From contig NC_068981.1 of NCBI RefSeq assembly GCF_001194135.2, forward strand, positions 156,606,715 through 156,670,714: a DNA stretch of 64,000 nt, given 5' to 3'. Position 1 is the first letter of the stretch. Each line of letters starts with the position of its first letter. Origin of the DNA: Octopus bimaculoides. Lineage: Eukaryota. The notes below the pieces were generated by a model. It was given only the letters and a program-made list of their open reading frames with translations, was not told where the DNA came from and did no database searches. The position numbers were made by a program, and so were the translations under genes. Shown here in pieces: positions 1 to 12,288 of the stretch.

Positions 1-250
1 TCAAATGATATTTGGAGAAATTCATGAGAGCTTGACCAGAGAGAAAAGTGCCTGTCTCGTTGATGTCCAGAATCAATTCCCGGTCATCGTCGCTCATGCC
101 CTCAACTAGCACCCTATAAGTTGTTTTCCCGCTAATGGTTTTATCCAGCTGGAAAAGTGCAGTGAGATTGTGGAACCATTCTAGATGCCAAACGCCCAAT
201 CTTGGTTCATGCTTGACCCATAACTGCAGCACCGAGGCCAATGAAACAGC
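1..250 (-). mobile_element. Tx1/L1-like LINE ORF2 C-terminal fragment
   Basis: Minus translation ...TGTFLSGQALMNFSKYHL matches the ORF2 C-termini at 25462-25683 (TNAFLFGQSLINFSKTHL) and ~39690-39750. Confidence 0.5.
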
Positions 251-729
251 TTATAAGCTCCTTAGAATAATGTGCCAGGATACATATATGACTGGTCGGT
301 CAAATTAACTTTCTACGCTGCGGACTCATACATCACCGGTCGGCCAGGTTAACTCTCTTCGCTCTAAACCCAGTACAAATCCCTCCCCACACTTCACAGC
401 ATTTCTTCCCCACACAGATAGCAGCAACAAAACTAACAAGTTGAACACTGCCAGTTCACTTTCTATGGCTATAAAATGTAGTGAACACAAAGAAATGAAC
501 AATAACATCTCTAAACAACAATGACAATAACTGAGCCACCCTGACAATACAGTGCAAAAACAACAACAGCAGTAACAATGGTCTGCGAAAGGACAACAAA
601 ACTATCGTGGCCACGGGAAATAGTAAAAATAGCCAATACAACGTAAATAATAAGAAAGACAATAGGAACAATACTGTTTACGACAGTACTACCACAACGA
701 CTGACAATAACAATACTAGCAAATAGTAT

Positions 730-919
730 TGGATACAAATTTTGGCACAAGGCCAGCAATTTCGGGGAGGGGATAAGTTGATTACATCGACCCCAATGCT
801 CAACTGGTACTGATTTTATCGATCTCGACAGGATGAAAGGCAAAGTCGACCTCGGTGGAATTTGAACTAACCTAAGCATTCTGCCCGGCGTGTAAACGAT
901 TCTGTTAGCTCGACGCCTT
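730..919 (-). mobile_element. tRNA-derived SINE, family A
   Basis: Homologous to 8 other copies in the window; A/B-box-like head; diverged ~17-bp TSD (atactagcaaatagtat / atacaagcaaataatat). Confidence 0.85.
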
Positions 920-1399
920 ATACAAGCAAATAATATACCAATAATAATGTGTCCGAGGTATGGCATGAAAACGTATGCGGTTGTGGCCTCTCGACGTGGG
1001 GAGAATGAAGTTAACCTTAACCACAACTACCTTCAGGTCACCGTTGGGTAAAGCGTGGTACCTTTAAGCCCGCCCCAAGTCCTGGGAATATCAAGTTGGC
1101 GTCTGGCGGGGCTAAGTTTGTCTCATGGGTTGAGGTGCCTCTTTAACCTTGATCGACAACCCCGCTATGATTGTGTCGTAATAAAAATACTGATTGTTGT
1201 ATCACCTCACCACTACAACCCTCATGAGTGAAAATGTCAAATACAAATACATTGTACAACGGTGTGAATGAAGTTAGAACTGATAACAGTATATATAAGG
1301 ATAGGTGTGAACTCACTGAACCTTGGTTAGCAACTCACCTAGTGATGGTGTCACGATAGAAATACTGAATGGGCGATTGCAAACTTTACAAATGCTACT

Positions 1400-4300
1400 T
1401 CTAAATGAGCGATGTCAACTTCAAGTAAAAATCACAACCGCGCTAACGGGACCGGAACTGTTAACAGTGAAGGTGTTGCGCACAGCAGGCATCGGCAGCA
1501 AGGAGTGTGTCATCAAGCTCCGGCAGGTCATCATCAAGCCATTGATCAGAACCAGAATTGAAGTCAAGAGTGTAGAAAGGAAAAAAAAAAAAAAGAAAAA
1601 AGGAAATTGAATTCTGGCTGAGAAGTGAAGCAAATAAAAGAGGTTTCATGAAACGAATGAAGAGAATGTAAGATGAAAAAGAACTCTCCGAAGCCTCTGC
1701 CCAATGGTTGATAGACTAGGCAAGGGTAATTCGTATGAACGACTGGATTACAGAATTAGAGGTTGAAGAAATTCAGAGAACAGAAAGAGTGTGAAACAAT
1801 AGTAGCTGAAAGTGAAAATGAAGGTGTAAGAAATGAAGAAAATGAAAAAGGAGGAAATCATAATGTACCTGAGATTGCTGACAAAGTAAATAGTGAAGGT
1901 GAGGTAACTCGACAAGGCTTGAGTGAGGAAGAGGGGATCGTAGAAATGCTGCAAAGTAAAATGTGTGGTGGGAACAATGAAGTGTCCTCCAATGTAAGGT
2001 GTATGAACAAAGGGAAGATAAGGAGACCCACGGACAAATAAATGGCGTTTGAGCTTGGTTGAAACAGAAAATATTAATGAAACAAACCAGCTAATCATAG
2101 CTGCTGCTAATGCTGTAGCTGACATAATTGGGATACAAGCGGAAAACTGTTGAAGAAATGAAAGGAAATGAAAAGAAAAAGAAACCAAATTAGAGGAAGA
2201 AAATACGAATGAAGTTAGAAATGACGCGGAAAGAACTGGGGTAGTTGAATAGGATAATGAGTTAGTAATCAGAAAGTTGAATGGACAATACAGGTTAGAT
2301 GAGAAGGGAAAGCAAACAGTACATGAAAAATTGTCACAAAGGGTGACAGCATTAAAGGCCAAATTGAAAAGATGCTACATGCAAAGGTTTTGAACAGAAT
2401 AGAATGTTTCAGCCAAATAGGCGTCTTTTTGAGGAAATAGAGGAGGAACAACATCAGGAACTGATTCCTGATGCAGAAGAAAGTAAAGGATTTTTGGGAG
2501 AACCTTGTAAGTGGCCGGTGAAACAAAAAAAGTGTAGAGTTGCTAACACAGGCGGGGGAAATAATTTGCAACCGTGCCAAGACAAAACGACGACAAAATT
2601 GATCTATATTCAGTGAGACTGAAGTTGAAATAAATTAGCAATCTGGAATGGACCTGACCCTGATGAAGTACAAGGCTACTGGCTGAAAAAAACTTTACAC
2701 AATTACATGAAAAGATCACTGCACAACTGGATGAATGCCTGCAGCATGGTCATGTCCCTATCTAGATGACAAGTGAACGAACACTGTTATGTCTCAAGGA
2801 CCACATTGAAAGGTAAATTGGTATCAAATTTTCGACCTATAGCCTGCTTACCACTTAGGTGGAAGCTTATGACCAGTGTCTTGGTGGAAAAGAAACAATC
2901 TATAACCAGAAGAGCAGAAAGATTGCAGGAAAGTAGAGCAACTAAAAATCCCTCATTAATTGATAATATGATAATTAGAAATTGTAGACGCAGATTGACG
3001 GGACTGGATGTAGGATGGCTAGATTGCAAAAAAAGAGTATGTCATGGTACCGCACAGTTAGATAAGTAAAACAATGAGCATGTTTGGAGTGGCAGAAAAT
3101 ATGGAGAAAATAGTTACTGAAACACTGGAATATTGAATTGACTGGAGGAAAACAAAGACTTGGGAAAGTAAACATTGGATGTGGCATATTTTAAAGTGAC
3201 AGCTTATTGCCACTACTATTTGTATTGGCCATGATACCGCTCAGTTTGATAGTATGGAAAGTTAAAATAGCTTATGATCTGGGAAAAGGATATGGTCAGA
3301 TAAATCACCTCCTTTTTTATGGATGATATGATATTATGCGAAAAATGATAAGCAGCTTGTACATACAGTTCGAGTTTTCTCAAATGATGTAGAAATAGAA
3401 TTTGGGATTGAAAAGTGCGCTATATTGAAAATGAAACGAAGAAGATCTAAGGAAACCAGGGAACTGAAATGCCAAAATGGGCAAACAATGAAAGCGGTTT
3501 AGAAAGGACAGTGGTATACGTATTAGGGGATACTGGAGGCAGATGAAATAACACAGTAGAGATAAAACAAATTACCAGTAGGGAGTATACAAGGAGAGTG
3601 AGAAAAATATTACTATGGAAGTCGAAGTCCAAAAACATTATTGAAGCAATAAATAAAAAAAAAAAGCAGTTCCGGGTATCAGACGTGGAATTGGAATTGT
3701 AGATTGGACGTAAAACGACATGCAGAATCTTGACAGAAAAACTAGAAAGCTGTTGACAATGTATGGAGGCTACAATACAAAAGCTGGTATGAACCGGTTG
3801 TACTTTACGAGAGACCAGGGTGGAAGAGGCTTAATTGCTGTGGTAGAGTGTGTACAGGTGGAAATAAAAAGCCTACTAGAATATTTACAGAACAACGCAG
3901 AAAAACTACTAAAGACAGTAAATAAGGAACAGGTGATCTAGTGTGGAATAGGAAAAAAGGACAAGAATGAAATTCAAAGAAAGCCTGTTAAACAGATTGA
4001 AGAGAAATCTTTGCATGGTCATTTTGGAAAGCCACTGAAGATGTATGTGAAACACAAACTTGAGCTTGGTTACAAAAGGGGATAATTAAAAAAAGAAATA
4101 GAGAACCTTATAACAGCTCAAGATTAAACGAGAAAAACAAACAACTTGAGAAAGTAAGTATATGGGGAGAAGGAATTAGAAAAATATAGAGTCTGTGGAA
4201 TTTGGAATGAGACAGTGGCACACATTGTTGCAGAATGAACCAAGTTGGCCAGGGAGAATATAAGAAATGGAGGCACGACCGAGTTGTGAAAGTTTTACAC

Positions 4301-4590
4301 CGGAAGCTTTGTCAAAAGTGGAGATTTGAAACTGGAGGTACATGGTGTGACCATCAGGTCGAAAGAGTGCTGGAGTAGAAAAAGAGAATTTCATGGGATT
4401 TTTCTATTCAAACAGATAAGAAACTAGAAAATAATAGATCAAACATTACAATAATAGGTTAGGAAAAACGAAGTTGCTTACTACGTGACCAATCATGTCC
4501 GTTTGATTTCAGGATTGTAAAGAAGCATGATGAAAAAAAAATACTATCTCTTACAATTTGAAATTGCAAGAATTTGGAGCATAAAAACTG
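1400..4590 (+). mobile_element. R4/Dong-like non-LTR retrotransposon (RT + RLE), near full length, degenerate
   Basis: Frameshifted fragments NFRPIACLPLRWKL, LF(F)MDD region, GGRGLI, WDFSIQTD..ENNRS; colinear with the copy at 40184-43545. Confidence 0.85.
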
Positions 4591-4749
4591 AACTTACAAT
4601 CCAAAGGTTAGTACCCCACGCTCTTACCCATTGCTCTATATGCTCGTGGTCAATTATAGAGTGAATTTTAGGGCTTATAAACCTATTATTTTATCTTTTC
4701 TTAATACTGGTTCCCATATTACATTCATATCAGCACTAGGTCTGCTTAG

Positions 4750-5410
4750 GTCTGCGTGTACTCTATTCCATGCAGTTGTGGTGGGCTATATAAAGGTGAA
4801 ACATGCACCCCCTTAAAGTAAGGGTAGAGGAACATCGTAAAGCTGTGAAACGAGGGGATTTTGAAAAATTGGGTATAGCCGATCATGTATGGAAAAACGG
4901 AGACCACCTCCCACTGTGGGATAAAGTTAAAATAATCGACAAAGAACATCACTGGAAAATACGAAAATTAAAAGAGGCTGCACATATGCTAGGATACAAT
5001 AATCTCCTAAGCAGACTTAGTGAAGATATGAATGGAATATGGGAACCAGTATTAAGAAAAGATAAAATACTAGGCTTATAATCCCTAAAATTCACGGGCA
5101 TATAGCGTAGCGGATAAGAGCGCGGCTACTAACCATCGGATTCTAAGTTCATTTGTAGGCAACGGATGAACTTAGAAAAATAATATCCACAGAAAATTAA
5201 CATCAGCAACATTCCTTAGGAATGAGAATAGTATACCCCATTAGTCAAATAAAGGGTTGGGTTCGAAATTCCACCAGAACACCTGATGAAGGCTGGAGAG
5301 TACATCAGCCGAAACATTGCGATAACAACACACAAGATGAGGACACCTAACCGTCCATTGTAAATAATGTACAAAATTCCTCATCTCAAAAAATAGAATA
5401 ATAGAAGTGT
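4750..5410 (+). mobile_element. Penelope-like element 3' end (GIY-YIG endonuclease + pseudo-LTR)
   Basis: VYSIPCSCGGLYKGET..LKVRVEEHRKAV..KLKEAAH (ORF 4803-5081), followed by a hammerhead core. Confidence 0.85.
5276..5323 (+). ncRNA. Minimal type I hammerhead ribozyme, degenerate
   Basis: CTGATGA 5283-5289, stem II ggctg/cagcc, GAAA 5311-5314; stems I and III partly disrupted. Confidence 0.6.
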
Positions 5411-5538
5411 TTCGTTGATTTCATTTATGTGTATTGTTGTCTAAGATGACCCAAACCACAAAAGTCTGATCAACCGCTTCTGTTACTTGCCCTTCGGGGA
5501 AAAATTTCGAAAAGAAAATATTTTCTTTTCAAAATATT

Positions 5539-5750
5539 GGATTCAAATTTCGGCACTAGGCCAGCAATTTCGGGGAAGGAGTAAATCGATTACACCGATC
5601 CCAGTGATCAACTGGTTCTGGTTTTATCGATTCCAAAAGGATGAAAGGCAAAGTCGACCTCAACAGAATTTAAACTCAGAACGTAAGGATGGATGAAATG
5701 AATTCTAAGCATTTCGCCCGGCATGCGAACGATTCTGCCAGCTCGCTTCC
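5539..5750 (-). mobile_element. tRNA-derived SINE, family A
   Basis: Family homology; 18-bp TSD ttttcttttc(a/g)aaatatt at 5521-5538 and 5751-5768. Confidence 0.9.
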
Positions 5751-5871
5751 TTTTCTTTTCGAAATATTAAAAACACTTTCAATATGGTGAGACATCGTCG
5801 CCAAGCAAAAGAAGAAGTCAGAAAAGGCTTTGAAAGGGAAATTGCTTTTCACCGTCAATTTCTTACCCCGA

Positions 5872-5980
<109 letters not shown>

Positions 5981-6179
5981 TGTAGTATCAACAGTAATAA
6001 CAGCAGCAGCAATAGTAACAACAATAACAACAACAACAACAGCAATGACCAAGAAAAACAAGAAGAAAAGACAAATTGTTCATACAACACACCTGCAAAT
6101 TCACTGGCCGCTGCCACCACCACCACCACCCTTAAAGCCAACAGAAATACTCAAAACAACAAAAGTTACAAGTCCTGCG

Positions 6180-6906
6180 TTGGCAGTTTCGCCGCTGCTG
6201 TGCGCCAGGCATGTGGAAGCATAAACTTATCTGGATGATTTTAAAAAGTTGTAGAATGATATGACACTGTAGAGATGAAATTCTCTACGAAGGACGAGGG
6301 TAGGAAACATTCAACACGAACAATAAGAAATGACGAACTGGATCTCATATCTATATAAATTGGCCACCGAGTAGTGAAAGTAAAAAAACCGGAATGTGCT
6401 CCTAGAAATAGTCATCTGCTGGTTGATGGCGACTGTCCTCCTGGCCATAGGGGAGAAACCCAGCATCCTGCAGGTACAGAGGCCGCAGAAACAGAACTGG
6501 TAGAGCAAAAGGATGGAGTTGTTAATCTAGACAGAGCAAGAAAAATGTCAAATCAGTCTCAGACTAAATAAACCTGTTAGACGGCACAAAATTTGACGAG
6601 TTGGTCGAAAGCAGAAAGTCGAGGTGTTACCTGTTTGTGTAGTGACACAAAACTACCTCAAGGCTTTCTGCCTATAACAAAGGAGAAAAGGGAGACTGCC
6701 ACGACGACGACGATGACGACGACGACGACGACGACCACCACCACCACCACCAAAACCACCACCACAACAACAACCACCACCACAACCACCGCCGCCGCCA
6801 CCGCCGCCGCCACCANNNNNNNNNNNNNNNNNNNNNNNNNNNNNNNNNNNNNNNNNNNNNNNNNNNNNNNNNNNNNNNNNNNNNNNNNNNNNNNNNNNNN
6901 NNNNNN

Positions 6907-6948
<42 letters not shown>

Positions 6949-7240
6949 GCAGCAGCAGCAACAGCGGTAAGAGTAGCGACAGTACAAACTGATGCAGGTG
7001 GTCACAGCAGCAGGAATAAAACTAGCAGTCACGAAAACGGCAGCTGCAACAACAGTTACTGCAGCTTCTACAGTAGTAACAGCAACAAAAACAACAGCAT
7101 CAACAGGGGAAACAACAGCAACTAAAAGAACAGAAAACACACCAAGGGCCACTGCATCACAGACAGCAACCGCGACATCAGTTTCAGAAACCTTCAAACT
7201 AACAACAATTACCTATAAAACCACCAAAAGCCTCCTCTAA
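6180..7240 (+). mobile_element. Tx1-like LINE ORF1 (gag-like) remnant with trinucleotide-expanded Thr-rich tail
   Basis: VLLEIVICWLMATVLLAIGEKPSILQVQRPQKQNW aligns with IPPEVDVAWLVAAILLGMEDKFVVHLAKRVPSRNW (49455-49805); broken zinc knuckle near 6620-6670. Confidence 0.6.
6816..6906. other. Assembly gap (N) inside ACC/GCC/ACA repeats
   Basis: N run. Confidence 0.99.
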
Positions 7241-8770
7241 GACATGCTTCTCCCCGTTTCGGATCACTTAGGTTGTAAATTGAAGGAGACGGTGAGGAGA
7301 CTAAAAGGCAAAAAAGTTACCAAGGTAAAGCAGAGAGGAAAACGTAATTAAAAAAGTTATTAGCCTTCAAAATTTGCAAAATTTGGGTATTTTAGCCAAT
7401 CAGAAGCGAATATTTAACAAATCATCGTGGCGAAAAACTCTGTTTCCATAGTAACCAAAGATGCTGCGCATGCACTCAAAGAGGAGAAGGAGATACGAGA
7501 AAAATAAGCTTCTACTATAATAAATACCCTTGTATTTTTCTCCGTCACAACATATGAATGAGAAAGGAAGGGGTGATAGAAGAATAAAGAAAGGGTGATG
7601 GCAAACTGGTGGGATGGTGAACATTCAACGCTGAAAAGAAAAATCAAACAGCATGTCAACTCTGTGTGAGTATATGTGTGTATGTGTGTGCATGTGCAAG
7701 TGGAGTATGTGAATGTATGTGAACATTGACGAGTGTATTAATTTGATTTACCATCCATTTTCATATATAAAATACTACAATTAGCTGTCGTTTTGACGGC
7801 ACGGGGCCAGCTAGTTTATTTCATAAAAATCCTATAGTGTATTGCAAACTTTCGTTCTTGAATTTTGTAAACTAATAAATGTCTGTTTTAAACAATGTTT
7901 TGACTGTTATTTCTAGCAACTCCTGTTGGTTTGTTTGTTCGTAGCTTTTAAATATTAAATTTGCTCGCAAATGTTTTAATGTTTACTTCATTCGTATATA
8001 TTTTAATGTTTTGACTGTTATTTCTAGCAATGTTTTGACATGCTGATGCTCCCCTACCCCCGATGAGGCAGCGAACTCGTTTTCTGATTGGCTGAAAATT
8101 CTAAAAATTATCAAACTTTGAACACCTGTAACATTTTGCAAAATTTTTCTGGAGTAAATAAATAACAAATTCGGATTCAGTGACAAAAATTACATCTATA
8201 TGATACATTAAAATTTTTTAAAGATAATTGTAAACGGTAACGAAAACCACGAAGATCCATAACAATATTAGTATATGCTTCAAGTTTGCAGCTCACTTAC
8301 AAGCTTGACATAACTCCAAATTTACTTAACATGTCAATATGTAAAACGAGGTTACACTTTAATTGTGTAATTAATCTTTTAGTATTAAAATCTTGTTTAA
8401 TCCTGTGCCAAGTAAGATTATTAGTTACCTCAAAAATTCCTTTCTGCTATTTTTTTCTGAACGTTGCTATTTGTGTTGCAAACACGCTATATGCTAATCT
8501 ATTAGACTTGGATATAGTAACGCGTCGTTGCTACATGAAACTTAAACTCACTAATCTAATCATCTAATTGTTATGTATTAGTAACAAGATTTATTACAAA
8601 ACTGAACCAAAATATACAAATAATTACTCTGAACTGAACCAAAACTGAACCAAAATATACAAATAATTACTCCTTACCGCTCCTAGTAACCTCCAAATTC
8701 ACTGGGCAAAGTTTAAACAATAAATATTCAAAGAAACTATAATTTGGAATGAAAATATTATCTATATATC

Positions 8771-9378
8771 TACGACAGTTGCTAAGAAGATCTGACAAGC
8801 CGAAAAAATGTCGATATTGACGAACGTTCTGGGAGACCTGCAACCGGTAGAACTGAGGAAAATATCATATATGTGTGTGCAATTGTGAGGAGAAATCGTC
8901 GAGTCACCATCCGCAAGTTATCAGAGGATGTCAGACTAGTTACGGTTCAGTTCAGTCCATTATCACCAAAGATTTGGGTATGAGATGCGTGTTTGTCAAG
9001 TTTGTGCCAAAACTGCTTTCTGCGGACCAAAACGACACTTGGGTTTCAGTTGCACAAGATCTTTTTGATTGTGTCGAGAACGATGAAAACCTTTTGAAAA
9101 CTTTGTGTAGCCTTCTGAGCAAGTATCGCCAAGCTTTTAGCAAAATTCGATGCAGATTCTTTGCTCAACTTTCTCTGTCATAGTCAATGCGACGATCACA
9201 CGTTACACACACCCCTTTCAAGGACTGCTGTAAACAGCGGATGTGAGCTAAAACATTAAAGCTTAGCGCGCATGCACAGCAGCGTTCAAGGTCAATCTGC
9301 ACCAAATGGCTTTACTCTCCGTGCTTTAACTTCGTTACTATAACAACAGTCCGGATACTTATTTATTAGACTACGTAT
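8771..9378 (+). mobile_element. mariner transposase remnant, internally deleted
   Basis: DERSGRPATGRTEENI..RRNRRVTIR..IITKDLGMRCVFVKFVPKLLS; TIR-like end gtccggatacttatttattagactacgta. Confidence 0.75.
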
Positions 9379-9865
9379 ATGTGTGTGCGTGTACACACAC
9401 AACAAAGAGATGACACCAGAAAAACCAAATGTTATGTAATGAACTTCATTCGGTTACAACTGTTACCCTAAGCGCATGCGTATATTTACATATCTTTTTC
9501 TGTCTTGAGATATAACTTTCCATAGCCATCAACATAAACATTCTCACTCATAATGCCTGTATGTTCTGAAAATGTAACTTTCTCAAATAAAGTACACTTC
9601 ATTTTCCAGCCTCTGATAAAGCTAAAAGATGCTATCCTGGTACTCAACTAAGAGTCCACCACGTCTTATACCAGAAACAGCTGTAAGCTAATGAATTGCA
9701 TTACATAACGTTTGCCTTTTCCGGTGTCGTCTCTCTGTTTTCTATTACCACCTCATAGTCATCTAACATTGTGTTCTGAACCATAAGTATATTGAGTTCT
9801 ACATCAGGTTATTAGTCTCGCAATGCCTAAGTGAAATATTACAATGTGTGAGTGTGCGTGTATAC

Positions 9866-9902
9866 GTACGCGCGCGCGCGCAATTAAACGCGCGCGCGCG
9901 CG

Positions 9903-9957
<55 letters not shown>
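9866..9957. repeat. (CG)n-(CA)n alternating purine-pyrimidine tract
   Basis: Direct reading. Confidence 0.95.
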
Positions 9958-10689
9958 TTCACTAAAAATTTATTACTTTGTTTGAACATTCCTTGTCACT
10001 TTTTACGACGTGCATTTTATCTCAGCGACAGTTTATTTTATAAACACTTCTTTTTCACTGGTCTGACAATGAGCGACGTGCATTTGTGACGAAATATTTA
10101 TTCATTGTTTATTTATTTCATTAAATTTTCCTGTATCGTCTGTTATAGGTTCAACCAAAGATTGACAAGAGAGTGTGCATAACTCAGCGCAGAACAAATA
10201 TCTCAAGCGGGTATAAAGGCAACTGGTTTTATACACTGCCTTTAGATATTGAACATAAGAAAATAGCACATAAACACATATGCATGTTCGCATAGAAGCA
10301 TGCACATACACACACATAACTTTGGGTAATGCCGGTATTCTGGTTTTCTTACTGATGCTTATATCCTTATTAATTTATCAGTGCAAGATTTACACGCACA
10401 CGCGCGCGTGCATATACGCATAGATACATGCTTTTACTTGTTTCAGTCATTGGACTACGGACATTCTGGGGGCAATACATTCAAGGACTTAATCAAACAA
10501 ATAGACTCCCACAGCCTTGTACTTACTTCAACTGGAACTTATATTATCGATGTTTATTCATCAGACCTTTAATTTACGGGACTTAATCATACAATACTAC
10601 AAATCGCAACGAATTCTGAAATCTAAACATAAACAATGACTTGCACAGTCAAGCATTCAATCACACATACATACATACATGGTGGTGGT

Positions 10690-10880
10690 TGTCTACTCCT
10701 TACACAGAGTTTGACCACCTCCTGTACCTACACCTTAGCCCCTTCATGGCGTCTGATGTGGCTTTTTAAACTAGACAATGTTCTGAAAAAACACCTACAC
10801 AGATTGCACCTCTGATTTGAACTACCAATACCTGCAGATAAGTTCTGCTCATTGTGGATCTTAACATGTCTTTTAACATC
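10690..10880 (-). pseudogene. Orphan C2H2 zinc-finger fragment (LINE 3' end or decayed ZNF gene)
   Basis: GDVKRHVKIH..CNLCRCFFRTLSSLKSHIRRH; upstream part replaced by (TATG)n. Confidence 0.45.
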
Positions 10881-10895
10881 CCCATTGAATTTGCA

Positions 10896-10926
<31 letters not shown>

Positions 10927-10929
10927 CCG

Positions 10930-11013
10930 ACTTACAAATGATATTTATACCAATAATAACTGGAGCATTTGGTTTTGTAAGTAAATGCCTAACTGTAAAT
11001 CTGGATAAGCTTA
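10930..11013 (+). mobile_element. RLE-type LINE 3' fragment
   Basis: FIPIITGAFGFVSKCLTVNLDKL matches 28263-28500 (FIPIIIGALSFVNKCLTDRLDKL). Confidence 0.55.
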
Positions 11014-11414
11014 NNNNNNNNNNNNNNNNNNNNNNNNNNNNNNNNNNNNNNNNNNNNNNNNNNNNNNNNNNNNNNNNNNNNNNNNNNNNNNNNNNNNNNN
11101 NNNNNNNNNNNNNNNNNNNNNNNNNNNNNNNNNNNNNNNNNNNNNNNNNNNNNNNNNNNNNNNNNNNNNNNNNNNNNNNNNNNNNNNNNNNNNNNNNNNN
11201 NNNNNNNNNNNNNNNNNNNNNNNNNNNNNNNNNNNNNNNNNNNNNNNNNNNNNNNNNNNNNNNNNNNNNNNNNNNNNNNNNNNNNNNNNNNNNNNNNNNN
11301 NNNNNNNNNNNNNNNNNNNNNNNNNNNNNNNNNNNNNNNNNNNNNNNNNNNNNNNNNNNNNNNNNNNNNNNNNNNNNNNNNNNNNNNNNNNNNNNNNNNN
11401 NNNNNNNNNNNNNN
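11014..11414. other. Assembly gap (N)
   Basis: N run ending in (TA)n. Confidence 0.99.
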
Positions 11415-11439
11415 TATATATATATATATATATGACGGT

Positions 11440-11532
11440 CTTCTTTCAGGTTCCGTCAAGCAGATCCATTCACAAAGCGTTGGTCAACCCGGAACCATGT
11501 GGTTGAAAAGCTACCTTATTACCACACAGACA
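11440..11532 (-). mobile_element. tRNA-derived SINE family B fragment
   Basis: Reverse complement resembles the head and body at 32752-32900. Confidence 0.55.
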
Positions 11533-11723
11533 CTTCAAGCAATCCGCAGAAAATACAAAACACAACTTTCAGGAACAATAGCGGTTTATTGGGGTGGAAG
11601 GTTACGGATTTTTTCGAAGTACGATAAGCTGAAAAAATTTTATCTAATATTTCACGGTAGGCAGCCAGGGTTGCCGAGTATGCGAATAAAAATATAGGAG
11701 TTAAGGGATGGAATAGATAAAAT

Positions 11724-11813
11724 CCGGGCTACAAATGTTTCATAGCAAGCAGAACCTCGGAAGTGGTAAATATCCAAGCGAGGTGTATACCGAAGGCTAC
11801 TCTTCAGCTCAAG
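11724..11813 (-). ncRNA. Hammerhead ribozyme candidate, left arm
   Basis: CTGAAGA 11807-11801; stem II gtagc/gctat; GAAA 11741-11738; ACA-TT-TGT; GUA triplet; stem I damaged. Confidence 0.5.
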
Positions 11814-11910
11814 GGTATCATTGTCGTTAGGAAAAAGATTCTGATCGAATCTTCCGTGTGTTAACATGTGCCTCCTAATGACAATGTATACTTCATTTAA
11901 TCAAGATATC

Positions 11911-12008
11911 CTTGGCCTGAAGAGTAGTCTGCGGTATACACCTCGCTTGGATTTTTACCACTTCCGAGGTTCTGCTTACTATGAAACATTTGAACATTTG
12001 TAGCCCGG
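11911..12008 (+). ncRNA. Hammerhead ribozyme candidate, right arm (type I, long stem II)
   Basis: CTGAAGA 11917-11923; stem II gtagt/actat extended by gcgg/ctgc and acctcg/cgaggt; GAAA 11983-11986; GUA 12000-12002; stem I ggc/gcc. Confidence 0.65.
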
Positions 12009-12288
12009 ATTTTATCTACTCCATTCCTTATATATATATATATGAATAAATAAAGATATTATTATTAATAAACAATAATAGTATATAAGTGGCTAGCAAG
12101 CATGAAAACCAAAAAGCCACAGTATCACTGAAAATTTCGAAGTGATTGTCACCCTTTTTCTTGTAAAAGTTTAATAATAAACGCGTACTCTACTAAAAAA
12201 AAAATAGAGAAAATTTTCAGTTTAATGCTAGATTGCTTTTATATAGAACTTGACAGTAAAACATGTGTATGTATGTATGTATGTATGT

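Larger units (their letters stand above)
11702..12030. repeat. Fold-back element; arms 11702-11814 and 11910-12030
   Basis: Arms are highly similar reverse complements apart from an 8-nt duplication; inner 14-bp inverted repeat cattgtcgttagga / tcctaatgacaatg. Confidence 0.92.

Noticed and set aside
511-1026. 171-aa minus-strand ORF
   Set aside because: It reads through a SINE and low-complexity DNA, with no recognisable domain.
980-1027. HDV-like ribozyme pattern upstream of the R4/Dong copy (gttgtgg/ccacaac, cctc-tcgacgt-gggg)
   Set aside because: P2- and P3-like pairings exist but there is no convincing P1, P1.1 or P4.
9620-9690. GAAACAGCTGTA resembling a hammerhead stem III
   Set aside because: No CUGANGA adjacent to the candidate stem II; at best a decayed relic.
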